From NCBI GenBank assembly GCA_965249725.1, contig CBDFMQ010000002.1, forward strand, positions 928,001-992,000: a stretch of 64,000 bases of DNA. The letters are read 5' to 3'. Positions 10,025-20,323 of the stretch are shown piece after piece (the stretch's first letter is position 1; every line of letters starts with the position of its first letter). Below the pieces are notes generated by a model. It did not search any database. It saw only the letters and a list, made by a program, of their open reading frames with translations, and was not told where the DNA came from. A program made the position numbers and the translations under genes. Source of the stretch: Longimicrobiales bacterium. Lineage in GTDB: Bacteria > Gemmatimonadota > Gemmatimonadetes > Longimicrobiales > Gaopeijiaceae.

Positions 10025-11152
10025 TCAGTCTCCCCAGATCTCCGTGCTCGGCACGAAGGTGGCCCAGGCGAACCAGAAGGAGACGTATGCTTCGGCAATC
10101 ATCTCCAACCTCGCGCCCTCCAACGAACCGGAGACGGCCACGCCCTCGAATGTCCACTCGCTCTCGGTCTCGACGTCGACGATGACATCTCCGCGTGCCT
10201 CGAAGGTGATGTTGGAGCCACCGTAGGTGGGTCTGAACCCGACCGCAGCCTGTGCATCGCCGTCCCAGAACACCACGGCGGGTCGTCCGCGAGCAGGGTG
10301 GTGGACGACCCTAATCCGCTCTCCATTGTCCAGAGTGCCGAACGGGAAGGCGACCGCGCCTCCGACCACCTCACCATCGTGAACGACGGGCGGGAATCCC
10401 AGCACGCGCTCCTTGGGCTGGCGCCGCGAGTCGATCGTGCCGTGTGGGTAGAGGAGCGTCGCGTTGGACGGGGCTTCGTACCCACCGTACGGGTAGCGCC
10501 GATAATCACGCGTATGTCCTGTGTCGTCGTTGATCACCAACGTCGCCGGGTGGAGGCTCCGCCATGCCTTCCAGCTCATCTCCATGGCCGGGTACATCGC
10601 GAGCATCTGACCGTTCTGAGGGCCGCAACGTGCACCGCTCATCATCTGAGGCCAAAGAGAGGAATCGTCCCTGCGCTCGAACATCACCAAATTGTTGTTG
10701 AACAGCAGGCCCGATACCCCGAATTCGGCTCCGCTCACGGATCTACGGTCGAAGGCCATGCTCGACCCCGTCAACGGGCAGTAGGTGACCGCGAGGGGAA
10801 TCCCCAGGGAGTTGAAGTTCACGATCTCGTGCCACCACAGAATGTTGTGGGGTACGGCGACGTACGTGCCCCCGATCTCGATGCCGATGATGCGGTCCTC
10901 GTCGCGGAGGTAGCCCAAACCCGGCCCATCCACGGGCACCAGATTGGGATCACTGAGAGCCGGAATCCCGTCCCGTTGCACGCCGGTGGCGAAGAGGAGC
11001 TCTTGGGGAATGCTGCAGATCAGAGCCGTCCCGGTGTCGGGATCGTTTGGACTCACGACACCCGATGGGCCCTGGTCCGATGAACAGCTCCAAGTAGCGA
11101 GGGGCGCCAGGAGGGCGACGATTGCGGTGAGCCGATGATCTTGTATGGTCAC
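10025..11152 (-). CDS. DUF3179 family lipoprotein
   Basis: RDGIPAL..P, ILWWHEIVN, TYCPLTGS, FGVSGLL.N.NL, FWFAW motifs; lipobox-like WSC. Start inferred at GTG 11152. Confidence 0.85.
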   Translation of the reverse strand: MTIQDHRLTAIVALLAPLATWSCSSDQGPSGVVSPNDPDTGTALICSIPQELLFATGVQRDGIPALSDPNLVPVDGPGLGYLRDEDRIIGIEIGGTYVAVPHNILWWHEIVNFNSLGIPLAVTYCPLTGSSMAFDRRSVSGAEFGVSGLLFNNNLVMFERRDDSSLWPQMMSGARCGPQNGQMLAMYPAMEMSWKAWRSLHPATLVINDDTGHTRDYRRYPYGGYEAPSNATLLYPHGTIDSRRQPKERVLGFPPVVHDGEVVGGAVAFPFGTLDNGERIRVVHHPARGRPAVVFWDGDAQAAVGFRPTYGGSNITFEARGDVIVDVETESEWTFEGVAVSGSLEGARLEMIAEAYVSFWFAWATFVPSTEIWGD

Positions 11153-11333
11153 GAGTCTTCGCTCTTCGAACGCGGGTAAAGCTCTGCGTGGAGCTGGTGG
11201 TGCCCCGTGTGGGAACCCGTGAGGACGGACTCCGAGTTCCCTTAAACCTACCCGATCCCGAATCTCCATGCCGGAGCCTCTATGCCTCGCGGAGCTGCCC
11301 GACGATGGCTCGGCCTCGACCCCGAAGCCACGC

Positions 11334-11693
11334 CTAGAGGCCCAACTCCTTCCGGAGACTCGCCTCTCGCCGATTCAGCGCCATAGCGATGAAGACGGCC
11401 CATATCACGTAGCCGCCACCGGCCCAATAGAGGGCTTCCACGCCCATCCATGTGAACCACATGAAGGGCCATAGGGACGCCATCACCGTATTCACGATCG
11501 ACTCGATCGCGAACGTGAGCAGCTCGCTGACGAGAAAGTCCTCGACGTCCGCGGCTTGGGCGATGGACTCGGCGAGGCTGGCGATCTCCAGATAGACGAA
11601 CGTCCCGACGGCCAGGAGGGCGTAGTACCCTCCTCCGTGCTTTCGCCAGAGCTTTCCGACGGCTCCACCGCCGCCTTCGTCGGTCTTCGCCAT
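11334..11693 (-). CDS. Small hypothetical membrane protein
   Basis: ORF from MAKTDEGG with GGAG upstream; hydrophobic segments. Confidence 0.65.
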   Translation of the reverse strand: MAKTDEGGGGAVGKLWRKHGGGYYALLAVGTFVYLEIASLAESIAQAADVEDFLVSELLTFAIESIVNTVMASLWPFMWFTWMGVEALYWAGGGYVIWAVFIAMALNRREASLRKELGL

Positions 11694-11929
11694 GCTCACT
11701 CCGGATGACCTCTGGGGTCGTCCCGACCTCAACGCCGGAACACGGAGAGTATCTTGCCACCCTGCCAAGGCGAGATCCAGGGGCAACTGCGAACACGCGC
11801 CCTCCCCTCCCTCCACGACGACGATGGGCCGCTCGCCTTGCGATCCTCTCCCGCGGCGCCAAGACTGCAAAGTCGGGTAGGCGCACGACACTCATCGGGG
11901 CGTTGAGTTCGTCGATTTCGGAGGTCGTC

Positions 11930-13114
11930 ATGATCAGGAAGAGCCATGTGTCACGCCGAGGGTTCGTGGGCGGAGCTGCCGCCGCGTTGGGCTATCTCGG
12001 CGTCAAGCCCGGAGCCGATCTGTGGGCCGAGGGCCTCGGTGACCTGACCACACCCCCGCTCCCCCAGCAGGAGTTCGATTTCGACTCCTATGCCCGTCTC
12101 GGGGCCAACGAGAACCCGTACGGCCCTTCGGAGTCGGTGCTGGAGGCCATGACTCGGGCCTTCAAATACTCGAACACCTACGGAGATCCGGGAGAGGACC
12201 TGCAGTCGGCCATCGCGGAGCGTGACGGCGTGGAGCGGGAAAACATCATGACCACCGCCGGATCGGGTGAAGTCCTCGAGGTCGTGGGCCTAACGTTCCT
12301 CGGACCCGGCAAGAAAGTCGTGGGCGTCGAGCCTTCCTACAGTCAGGTCTACCGGCACGCCACCAGTATCAAAGCCGAAGCGATCACGCTGCCGCTTCTC
12401 GACGACTATCGGCAGCACATCCCTTCGATGATCGAGACCACTCGTGCGAACTACCGTGACGTGGGCTTCGTGTACCTTTGCAACCCCAACAATCCGACGG
12501 GTCGCACGGTCAGCGCCGCAGAGGTGGAGGAACTCCTCGACGGTATCCCAGAGGACGTCCCCGTTCTGATCGACGAGGCGTACCATCACTTCGTGCAGGA
12601 TCCCTCCTACGCCACGGCTATTCCGCATGTACTCGAGGGACGCCCCGTAATCGTGGCCAGGACGTTCTCCAAGATCTATGGGATGGCGGGCATACGACTC
12701 GGCTACGCCGTCGCCACCCCCGAGATGATCCGTCGCTTGCGCATCTACAGCACCGGAAGCGTCAGCGTCATCTCAGACTGGGCCGGAGTGGCGTCCCTCA
12801 AGGACCGAGAGAGCGAGGAGAGGGTCAAGCGGATCACGATCGAGTTGCGGGACAAGACTACGGCCGAGCTGGAGGCCATGGGCCACAGCGTGATTCCCTC
12901 CGAGACCAATTTCTTCATGGTACACATCGGCCGCTCGGTCCAAGAGGTGCGGGACGAGTTCCGGAAGAAGGGCATTCAAGTCGGTCGTCCCTTCCCGCCC
13001 ATGTTGGAGCACCTCAGGGTATCGGTCGGTAACGAGGACGACATGAACCGATTCATGAAGGCGTTCAAGGAGATCTTTCCCGCGTCGACAACGGATGCGG
13101 GTTCGGACTCGTAG
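11930..13114 (+). CDS. Tat-signal PLP-dependent aminotransferase class I/II (HisC-like)
   Basis: SRRGFV Tat motif; NENPYGPS, CNPNNPTG, DEAY, RTFSKIYGMAGIRLG; GGAGG RBS before ATG 11930. Confidence 0.88.
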   Translation: MIRKSHVSRRGFVGGAAAALGYLGVKPGADLWAEGLGDLTTPPLPQQEFDFDSYARLGANENPYGPSESVLEAMTRAFKYSNTYGDPGEDLQSAIAERDGVERENIMTTAGSGEVLEVVGLTFLGPGKKVVGVEPSYSQVYRHATSIKAEAITLPLLDDYRQHIPSMIETTRANYRDVGFVYLCNPNNPTGRTVSAAEVEELLDGIPEDVPVLIDEAYHHFVQDPSYATAIPHVLEGRPVIVARTFSKIYGMAGIRLGYAVATPEMIRRLRIYSTGSVSVISDWAGVASLKDRESEERVKRITIELRDKTTAELEAMGHSVIPSETNFFMVHIGRSVQEVRDEFRKKGIQVGRPFPPMLEHLRVSVGNEDDMNRFMKAFKEIFPASTTDAGSDS

Positions 13115-13139
13115 GGATTCCCGTAGGTGGAGGTGTGCC

Positions 13140-14303
13140 ATGAACCGCCCGTTTGCTGTAGCCATATTCGGTGGCGGCCTCGCCGCCCTGGCGCTCGCCT
13201 GTCAGCCCGGAGGCGACGGTTCTGGAGGGAGTGATCAGGCCGGGGGCTCGACGAGTAGGGCCGCCGAGGTGGACCTCGCTCCGTGGGCCGACCGGATCGC
13301 GGCCATCCACGAGTCCACCGTCTTCGCCGACGTCCAGGCGCATCCCAGCCGCTTTCACCGAGGCAATGTGGAGCGGGTGGCTCCCGAGGAACTCGAGCTG
13401 TTTCGCCGAGGAACCATGGACCTCGTGGTGGCGAAGGTCAGCACCGACGCACCCTACACCGGCAACTACGTTCTTCGAGACGGCACAGAGGTGCCGGCCG
13501 GTCAGTACCACCCTGCTCCCGGAGAGCCCTGGGCGTTCCTTCTGGACCGCTTCGGACGACTCCTCAAGACCATCGAGGACGGAGATGCACTCCTGGCCCG
13601 GAGCCCTGCCGACGTCTACGAGGCGCGCGAACGAGGCATGGTCGCGTTCCTACCCGGAATGGAGGGCTCCGACGGTCTGGAAGGGCGCTTGGACCACTTC
13701 CAGGAGATCCACGAGCGGGGGTTGGGCGTTCTGCAGCTGGTCCACACACGGCCCAACGAGCTCGCACACACCCGCCACTTCCCCTACTCGCCGGGTGGCC
13801 TGACCGAGTTTGGGCGGGACGTGATCCGTGAAGCCAATCGCCTCGGGGTGATCATCGACGTCTGTCATTCGAATACCCGGACCATGCGTGAAGTCGCCGA
13901 GTTGTCCCAAGACCCGATGATCTTCAGCCATACCGGCGTACAAGCCCTCTATGATCAAGAGGGCTACCTCACGGACGAAGAGATCGAGCTCATCGCCTCG
14001 ACCGGAGGGGTCATCGCGCTCTCACCCATGGGCATGACGTTGCCGACCATGGAGGAATACATGAGCCACATCGACTACGTGGCGGACCTGGTCGGCGTGG
14101 ATCACGTCGCGATTGGAAGCGACCTCCGGGGCGTGCCGTCCTACACAGAGGGCTTCGGCGACGACGCGAACTACCATGCGATTGCCGCGGCGTTGATGGA
14201 GCGGGGTTACTCGGATGAGGACGTCGGCAAGATCATGGGAGCGAACTTCTTCCGGGTGTGGCAGGAGGTGCTGGGCGACGAAGGCTCTTCAGGGAGCGAC
14301 TAG
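13140..14303 (+). CDS. Membrane dipeptidase (peptidase M19) family lipoprotein
   Basis: LALAC lipobox; GMEG, GLTEFGRDVIREANRLGVIIDVCH, FSHT, GVDHVAIGSD, KIMGANF.RV motifs. Confidence 0.82.
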   Translation: MNRPFAVAIFGGGLAALALACQPGGDGSGGSDQAGGSTSRAAEVDLAPWADRIAAIHESTVFADVQAHPSRFHRGNVERVAPEELELFRRGTMDLVVAKVSTDAPYTGNYVLRDGTEVPAGQYHPAPGEPWAFLLDRFGRLLKTIEDGDALLARSPADVYEARERGMVAFLPGMEGSDGLEGRLDHFQEIHERGLGVLQLVHTRPNELAHTRHFPYSPGGLTEFGRDVIREANRLGVIIDVCHSNTRTMREVAELSQDPMIFSHTGVQALYDQEGYLTDEEIELIASTGGVIALSPMGMTLPTMEEYMSHIDYVADLVGVDHVAIGSDLRGVPSYTEGFGDDANYHAIAAALMERGYSDEDVGKIMGANFFRVWQEVLGDEGSSGSD

Positions 14304-14416
14304 GAGCCTCACATCGGCCGCTCTCTAGGGGCCGCTACGTAGGATTACGTATGCCCCCCTAACCGTCATACCCACAGCTTGCGTGCATCGAGTACCCGCC
14401 ACATAGGAGGTGCACC

Positions 14417-14887
14417 TTGAAACGCTTGCATGGCTTCATCCTCGTCGTCGCGACCCTTCTGACAACCGCAGGGTGCGGAGACGACCCGACCGAACCCGTC
14501 GCTGCCGTGTGCCCTGCGGAAACCACCTCGGTCACAGCGACGGCTACGAGCGGGCAATCGGTGGTCTTTGATTGGACCCCTAGGTGCCCTGTGGCGATGG
14601 TGCTCGTCGAGGGCGACAACGGTGACGTGTGGTTGATCGCTGCCGATGAGGGCGAGAACAACGTTTGGGATGGTCCCGAGGAGGCCAATCTCATCCTGCC
14701 ACCGGTGACCTATGGGGTGGTACCCGCAGTTGGGGGTCTTCTTCAGACCTGGGGACCCGAGCCCTTGGTGGCGGGCGAAACGTATGACCTCGTCCTCTGG
14801 CGGGTCTTGCCCGCTGGTAGCACAGCTCGATGTCAGTGGAACTTGGAGAATAGCTGCCTGGTCGCTGTCCGGCCGTTCACAAGGTGA
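14417..14887 (+). CDS. Hypothetical lipoprotein
   Basis: AGGAGG RBS; TTAGC lipobox followed by GDDPTEP. Confidence 0.7.
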   Translation: MKRLHGFILVVATLLTTAGCGDDPTEPVAAVCPAETTSVTATATSGQSVVFDWTPRCPVAMVLVEGDNGDVWLIAADEGENNVWDGPEEANLILPPVTYGVVPAVGGLLQTWGPEPLVAGETYDLVLWRVLPAGSTARCQWNLENSCLVAVRPFTR

Positions 14888-14892
14888 GGGTC

Positions 14893-15714
14893 ATGAGCGG
14901 AGGGTCGGGTCTGAAGCCTCGCGATGTTGGGCTAGGGTGGATATGTGTACTGGTTGGACTCTCGCTCTACGGCTGTGCGGGGGTCTCACGCGTCGCGACC
15001 CTGCCGCCTGACGCCGGGGTCCTCGCCAGCTACGACGCCTCGATCGAAGAGGTCGTTGAGATCGTGCCACAGGCACTGGCTGCTGTCGGGCAGACGGAGG
15101 TCGAGCGCAGCCGCCCTGATTCCTCGTCCTTCGTCTTGTTCGGCAGTCGAGGGCTCAAACGCTGGGGCTGGGGCGAGGTTTCGCGCACCCGTGCCGCGAT
15201 CCGAGACGAAGGTGGTGCGGACGTGCTGATCGCGACTCGCCCACGCGACCTGTTCGGGGTGTGGCCAGCAACGAGTCAATCACTGCGCGTCATCGGTGAG
15301 ATGGACAGACTGCTGGGGCCGGAGGCGGTTGTCCTTGCCGGCGGAGATCGCGTCAGAGGGGTGGACGCCCGGGGTAACCAGAGTGAAGGGACCCTCATCG
15401 CGGGTACGCTCGGCGGCTTGGTCCTTGCACGAGGCGGTGGTGAGTCGGAGCAGTTACCGCTGGATTCGTACACACAACTAGAGGTCCTCCGAGGCACGTA
15501 CAGCCATGCCCAAGAAGGCGCAGCCATCGGCTTTGCGCTTGGCGCCCTCCCTTGGCTGGCCGCGATCGGGTTGTGTCTTGATTGGGAGGAAGGTGACTCG
15601 TCGAGCTTGTGTGGCAGATCCTGGACCTACTGGACTCCGGTGGTCGGCGGAGTTGTGGGCGGATTGATCGGAAGTGTGTTCCGAACGGCGGTGTGGAGCA
15701 GAGCGGGAAGCTGA
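14893..15714 (+). CDS. Hypothetical lipoprotein with C-terminal Gly-rich hydrophobic hairpin
   Basis: LYGC lipobox; C-terminal GAAIGFALG...GGVVGGLIG segment resembling 24252..24827. Confidence 0.65.
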   Translation: MSGGSGLKPRDVGLGWICVLVGLSLYGCAGVSRVATLPPDAGVLASYDASIEEVVEIVPQALAAVGQTEVERSRPDSSSFVLFGSRGLKRWGWGEVSRTRAAIRDEGGADVLIATRPRDLFGVWPATSQSLRVIGEMDRLLGPEAVVLAGGDRVRGVDARGNQSEGTLIAGTLGGLVLARGGGESEQLPLDSYTQLEVLRGTYSHAQEGAAIGFALGALPWLAAIGLCLDWEEGDSSSLCGRSWTYWTPVVGGVVGGLIGSVFRTAVWSRAGS

Positions 15715-15817
15715 CCCTGATTCGGGGCGACTCTGGCGCCTCGGCTCGCACCTCAGGATCGTCTCTACGTCAGGCATGATGCAGAAGACCCCGGAGCTTC
15801 ACCCCGGGGCCAACTGT

Positions 15818-15950
15818 AGCGTCCCCGGCAGGATTGAGCTGCGGTCGCCTGCGGCGATCCTCGCTCGTCTCGGCGGTCTGCAGCCCGGTCGCACCGCGAA
15901 ATACCGACTCTGGCGCCTCGGCTCGAACCTGCGACCTACTGCTTAGGAGG
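15818..15950 (-). repeat. Displaced 3' fragment of tRNA-Arg(CCT) (att-like), interrupted in the T-loop by an ~87 bp insert
   Basis: 15818-15835 agcgtccccggcaggatt and 15923-15950 tcgaacctgcgacctactgcttaggagg match 30408-30452 of the tRNA. The two differences are a compensatory T-stem pair. Confidence 0.85.
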
Positions 15951-16211
15951 ACGTGTCGAGAGGGGGCCTATCCGGCGAACCTCGCCTACTTACTGCGTTT
16001 CTCGATTCAGCCTCGCCGCCTTTTCTGTATCTTTCTTTCGCCGCCTTTCGCCGCCTTTCGCCGCCCTTCGGGACACAATCGAGACACAGTCCTACTGCGG
16101 GATCACGACTCAACCCGATACATCACTCGCGGCTCCGACTTCCCGAAGGCCAATGCAAGTCCATTGTGCATCCGGTAGTTCTGAAGGCGCTTCACGAGTT
16201 CGTCCCTCCGT

Positions 16212-16604
16212 GTGTGCATCGCGGTTACTTCCTTGGGACCACGCCGCGACCCCGATCTGCGGGCTGCGCTTGAAGCGGCAGATATCTGCACGCCCGACGG
16301 AATGCCGCTCGTCTGGGCGATGCGCTCCATGGGCACCCCCCATCAGGAGCGCCTCTACGGCCCCGACGTGATGACCACGATGCTGCAGGAGGGCATAACC
16401 CGAGGTTGGCGCCACTACTTCTACGGGTCGACTCAGGAGACGCTCGACAAGCTCCAGGCCGCCATACGCTACAGATACCCCAAGGTCGAGATCGTGGGAG
16501 TGATGTCTCCGCCATTCCGGCCATTGACCGCCACCGAAGATGAGAGCATCTCTGCGGAGAGCATCTCTGCGCGGCCCGACTTGATCTGGGTGGGGCTAGG
16601 TTGA
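16212..16604 (+). pseudogene. Truncated WecB/TagA/CpsF family glycosyltransferase
   Basis: ADICTPDGMPLVW, ERLYGPDVM, YFYGS, SPPFRPL, PDLIWVGLG, then a stop where the family continues with PKQE; the N-terminus is also missing. Confidence 0.85.
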
Positions 16605-16607
16605 ATT

Positions 16608-17150
16608 TCGTCGCCCGTGACCGCGGTCCTTCCTCCGAAGCAGGACGTCGTGGGCACCGGGATATCCCTAAGGCGGGGAGGGGAGGTCGCCCCAAGCTGA
16701 GCCCCCTGGGGAATCCGCGCTGCAGCGAGCGTTGAGAGAAGGAAGGGGGTCCCCCGTTTCTGCCACTTTCCACCCCGCCGCCTGCGTTCTACCTTTGCGA
16801 TCGCAAAGCCTTGTCGTGTTCGGTCCTCGTCTCCACGGGCAAGAGGGCTCAGCACGTTTTTCGGGCTTGGGCCACTCGTTCTCTCGTCGCCCGTGACCGC
16901 GGTCCTTCCTCCGAAGCAGGACGTCGTGGGCACCGGGATATCCCTAAGGCGGGGAGGGGAGGTCGCCCCAAGCTGAGCCCCCTGGGGAATCCGCGCTGCA
17001 GCGAGCGTTGAGAGAAGGAAGGGGGTCCCCCGTTTCTGCCACTTTCCACCCCGCCGCCTGCGTTCTACCTTTGCGATCGCAAAGCCTTGTCGTGTTCGGT
17101 CCTCGTCTCCACGGGCAAGAGGGCTCAGCACGTTTTTCGGGCTTGGGCCA
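16608..17150. repeat. Tandem direct duplication, 2 x 267 bp (period 276), non-coding
   Basis: 16608-16874 equals 16884-17150 by inspection; the repeated peptide is visible in ORF 16469..17173. Confidence 0.92.
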
Positions 17151-17216
17151 TTCGGTGCCGGTGGCCTTCGCATCGACTAGCTAGACCCCCTTTTTCTGGA
17201 ACTGCCCTCAAACTCC

Positions 17217-17987
17217 ATGTCGATTCCCCCTTCGACCCTCATGGCTGGACGTGTCGCCCTTGTGACTGGCGCGGGCCGCGGTCTTGGCCGGGCGATTGTC
17301 GGGAAAATGGCAGCGGCGGGTGCGAGGGGGTTGGGGCTCGAGCTCGATTCTGATCTGCTCGAAGCAGGGCTTCCCGAGGGATGGCTCGGTTTCGAGGGTG
17401 ACGTGCGCGACGAGGCATCGGTGGCGCTGGCCGTCAAAACGGTCGTGGATCGGTTCGGCCGGCTAGATGTAGCGGTGCCGAACGCCGGCCTCGTGCCGCT
17501 GTGGCGGAGCGTGGAGGACGTCGATCTCACCGAATGGGACAATGTATTCGCGGTGAACGTCCGCGGTGTGGCCGCCACGATCAAACACGCGGCCAGAGTC
17601 ATGAAGGACACCGGCGGGTCCATCGTCGCCACCGCCTCAACAAGCGCATTTCGGTCTCGGCGAGGCCAAGCCATTTATACCGCGAGTAAGCACGCAGTAC
17701 TTGGCATCGTTCGCGCTGCCGCACAGGATCTTGGACGATACGGGATTCGGGTCAATGCCCTGGCCCCGGGGCCGGTCGCGACCGAGGCCGCGCGGGAACG
17801 GATGCAACGCCGCGCGCCGATTACGGGCTTGAGTGAAGAGCAGGCACTCGAGGCCTACGCGTCGGAGACCGCACTCGGACGAATCGCCACCGTGGACGAC
17901 GTGGCCAGTACGGCGCTCTATCTCGCATCCGATCTTTCATCGGGAGTCACGGGCACGCTGGCGCCGGTGGAATGCGGCTGGGCGTAG
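17217..17987 (+). CDS. Short-chain dehydrogenase/reductase
   Basis: TGAGRGLG, NAG, YTASK, GIRVNALAPG motifs. Confidence 0.92.
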   Translation: MSIPPSTLMAGRVALVTGAGRGLGRAIVGKMAAAGARGLGLELDSDLLEAGLPEGWLGFEGDVRDEASVALAVKTVVDRFGRLDVAVPNAGLVPLWRSVEDVDLTEWDNVFAVNVRGVAATIKHAARVMKDTGGSIVATASTSAFRSRRGQAIYTASKHAVLGIVRAAAQDLGRYGIRVNALAPGPVATEAARERMQRRAPITGLSEEQALEAYASETALGRIATVDDVASTALYLASDLSSGVTGTLAPVECGWA

Positions 17988-18049
17988 CCGCCGAATTACT
18001 GGAGCGAGGGTCTGGCAGAGTGCCCCGCTACTTCTGCGATTACGTCTGA

Positions 18050-19078
18050 CTACTCAAGGCTCAGAAGCCTCGCCGGATTAGTGCACATCATGGTTCGGAT
18101 GTCCTCCGACGAGAAGTCCATATCGAGAAAGCATGCTGCCCCAATCCGCATGCCCTCGACGGGCGTTGAAAGAGCCCGTATCCCGTAGTCAGAGCTGATA
18201 ATGATATGCTCGGGGCCGATTTCCCGAATCTGGTCGCCCAAACCTCGAAGATTGGGCCGGTATTTCGCGACATCAAGGACGACGTCGTACATATAGTCGG
18301 ACTCAACATAATAGTGGGTCCTTGGGATAGCCCCAGCTCCAATATACTGGGCAATCGAGTGTTCCAGATAGGCTCCTTTCTTCGCGGCCAGTTTCTGTTC
18401 CTCGATTGACAGTTCCGACACGGCGTGTCCAGCGATGACGACCTGTTTGATGCCGTAGGTACCAGCGAGGTCAACAAGCCGCATGGCCTCTTCGCCCGAG
18501 ACATGTCCCGTATTAAGATAAACGCCCGGCTGTTGAGCAATAAGTGTCAGGATCTCCTCAATCTCGGGTGGCACGGTGTCTGAAGGAATCTGGATGGCCC
18601 GGGACAATTCTTCTTCCCTGAACGCCGGATAGAGGTCCTTGAGAAGGACCGGTTTTCCATCCTTCATGCGTGCCTCGCGGGTAGCCATGAAGTGAGTCGT
18701 ATGAGTGCCAAACTGCACGAATTTCGCGCCCGAGCCGTAGTGAAGCGCCGTCTTGACGGCACGCGGATTAATTCCTCCGTAGCACGAGTTGAGTATGATT
18801 CCGCCATATACCTCGATGTCGGGCACCTGTCGCTGTACCATCCAAGCCGTCCCGCAGCTTTGAGAGAACACATCCATATAGACGATTGCGCGCATTCCAG
18901 CGGCACGAGCTTCTTCGGCGGCTTCGAATGGATCGACACGACGGGGGCTCGAACTCAAATGGGGACCAGCGTGCACGTGTATGTCGATAGCCCCTTGAAG
19001 CAATTCACTGGTAAGATCCATTGATCGTGTATGGAACGTTTCACTTTGTATTGACATGACTGCATTAACCTCCTCCAC
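18050..19078 (-). CDS. DUF6282-like amidohydrolase-fold protein
   Basis: GAIDIHVHAGP, GMRAIV, GGIN..AV, LNTGHVS, IISSDYG, NPARLL. Confidence 0.75.
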   Translation of the reverse strand: MEEVNAVMSIQSETFHTRSMDLTSELLQGAIDIHVHAGPHLSSSPRRVDPFEAAEEARAAGMRAIVYMDVFSQSCGTAWMVQRQVPDIEVYGGIILNSCYGGINPRAVKTALHYGSGAKFVQFGTHTTHFMATREARMKDGKPVLLKDLYPAFREEELSRAIQIPSDTVPPEIEEILTLIAQQPGVYLNTGHVSGEEAMRLVDLAGTYGIKQVVIAGHAVSELSIEEQKLAAKKGAYLEHSIAQYIGAGAIPRTHYYVESDYMYDVVLDVAKYRPNLRGLGDQIREIGPEHIIISSDYGIRALSTPVEGMRIGAACFLDMDFSSEDIRTMMCTNPARLLSLE

Positions 19079-19185
19079 AGTCTTGGGTTATTGGATTTTG
19101 CAATGGACTGACGCCTGCCGATAAGAAGTACCTCATAAGCATCTCTGACAGACGACGAGTTTTGCGGGTCGATCTGTCCAGGCTC

Positions 19186-20283
19186 CTATGGCAATGTGCC
19201 ACTACTTTGCATCAGCACGGCATGTTCAGGGGCAACCGAGCAGACCATTGCTTCCCCTTCTTCGACGAGCTCGTCCGGCAGACCGCGACACAGCAGCGGC
19301 TGGCCTTTCCAATCGAGTCGGTATTCCACGAAGTCCCCAGCAAAAAATCTGCGAGTTACACGAACCTCCCAGGCGTTAACCGCCTCGGGCGGCGCACAAT
19401 GTGTCAGCTTGAGATGCACGGATTTGATGGCCACGGCCAATCGATTCGATTCCACGTCCTTAGCATCGCATACAATTATACCACCATTATCCAGACGGAC
19501 GGCCACTACACCTGGGCCAATGGGTTTATCGACGCGCTCCCCGAGAACAATGTTCGAAGATCCGATAAAATCCGCCACAAACGGAGTGGCAGGTTCGTAA
19601 TAGATACTGAGCGGGTCTCCTTCTTGTTCTACCTGGCCGTTATTCATAACAATGAGCCGATCAGCCATAGAGAGTGCCTCCTCCTGATCATGGGTCACGT
19701 AGATTGAGGTGATCCCCAAGCGCTCCTGTAGCTGCTTCAACTCGTTTCGCATCTGGTTTCTGAGTTTCGCATCGAGGTTCGAGAGAGGCTCGTCGAACAA
19801 GAGCAGTTTTGGCTCGAACACGAAGCTGCGAGCCAAGGCAACCCTCTGCTGCTGGCCGCCGCTCAATAGGGGAGCCGGCCGATCCACGAATTCGCTCAAT
19901 CCAACCAGGTCAAGAGCCTCTTCAACTCGCCTCCTGGCCTCATCCTTCGAGTATTTTCGTAACTGCAACCCATAGACCACATTCTCAAACACGGTCATGT
20001 GTGGCCAGATCGCGTAGCTCTGAAATACCATTGAGAGATCGCGCCGCTCGGTCGGGACGTTAATATCGTTGACGTCGTCGAAAACAGTGCCGCCGAGCAC
20101 TGAAATGCGTCCACTCGAGGGGGTCTCCAGCCCGGCGATAGCCCTAAGTGTCGTTGTCTTACCGCATCCACTTGGCCCTAGCAAGGCGACGAACTCCCCA
20201 GATTCCGCACAGAAACTGACGCCATCAACCGCTGCGATCGTTTCGTAGGTTACGACAAGGTCCGTGACCTCTAGAGCGAGCAT
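19186..20283 (-). CDS. ABC transporter ATP-binding protein (Fe3+/polyamine type)
   Basis: GPSGCGKT, LSGGQQQRVALAR, LLFDEPLSNLD, C-terminal TOBE-like region. Confidence 0.93.
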   Translation of the reverse strand: MLALEVTDLVVTYETIAAVDGVSFCAESGEFVALLGPSGCGKTTTLRAIAGLETPSSGRISVLGGTVFDDVNDINVPTERRDLSMVFQSYAIWPHMTVFENVVYGLQLRKYSKDEARRRVEEALDLVGLSEFVDRPAPLLSGGQQQRVALARSFVFEPKLLLFDEPLSNLDAKLRNQMRNELKQLQERLGITSIYVTHDQEEALSMADRLIVMNNGQVEQEGDPLSIYYEPATPFVADFIGSSNIVLGERVDKPIGPGVVAVRLDNGGIIVCDAKDVESNRLAVAIKSVHLKLTHCAPPEAVNAWEVRVTRRFFAGDFVEYRLDWKGQPLLCRGLPDELVEEGEAMVCSVAPEHAVLMQSSGTLP

Positions 20284-20323
20284 GGATCTGCCTCCGAGGG
20301 TTTCCACGAGGTGCGCACGACTT

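Noticed and set aside
15729..15950. Functional intron-containing tRNA
   Set aside because: The 5' half (acceptor 5' strand, D arm) is absent and the insert is far too short for a group I intron.
16469..17173. 234 aa ORF with an internal repeat
   Set aside because: Product of the 276 bp-period DNA duplication; composition is not protein-like.
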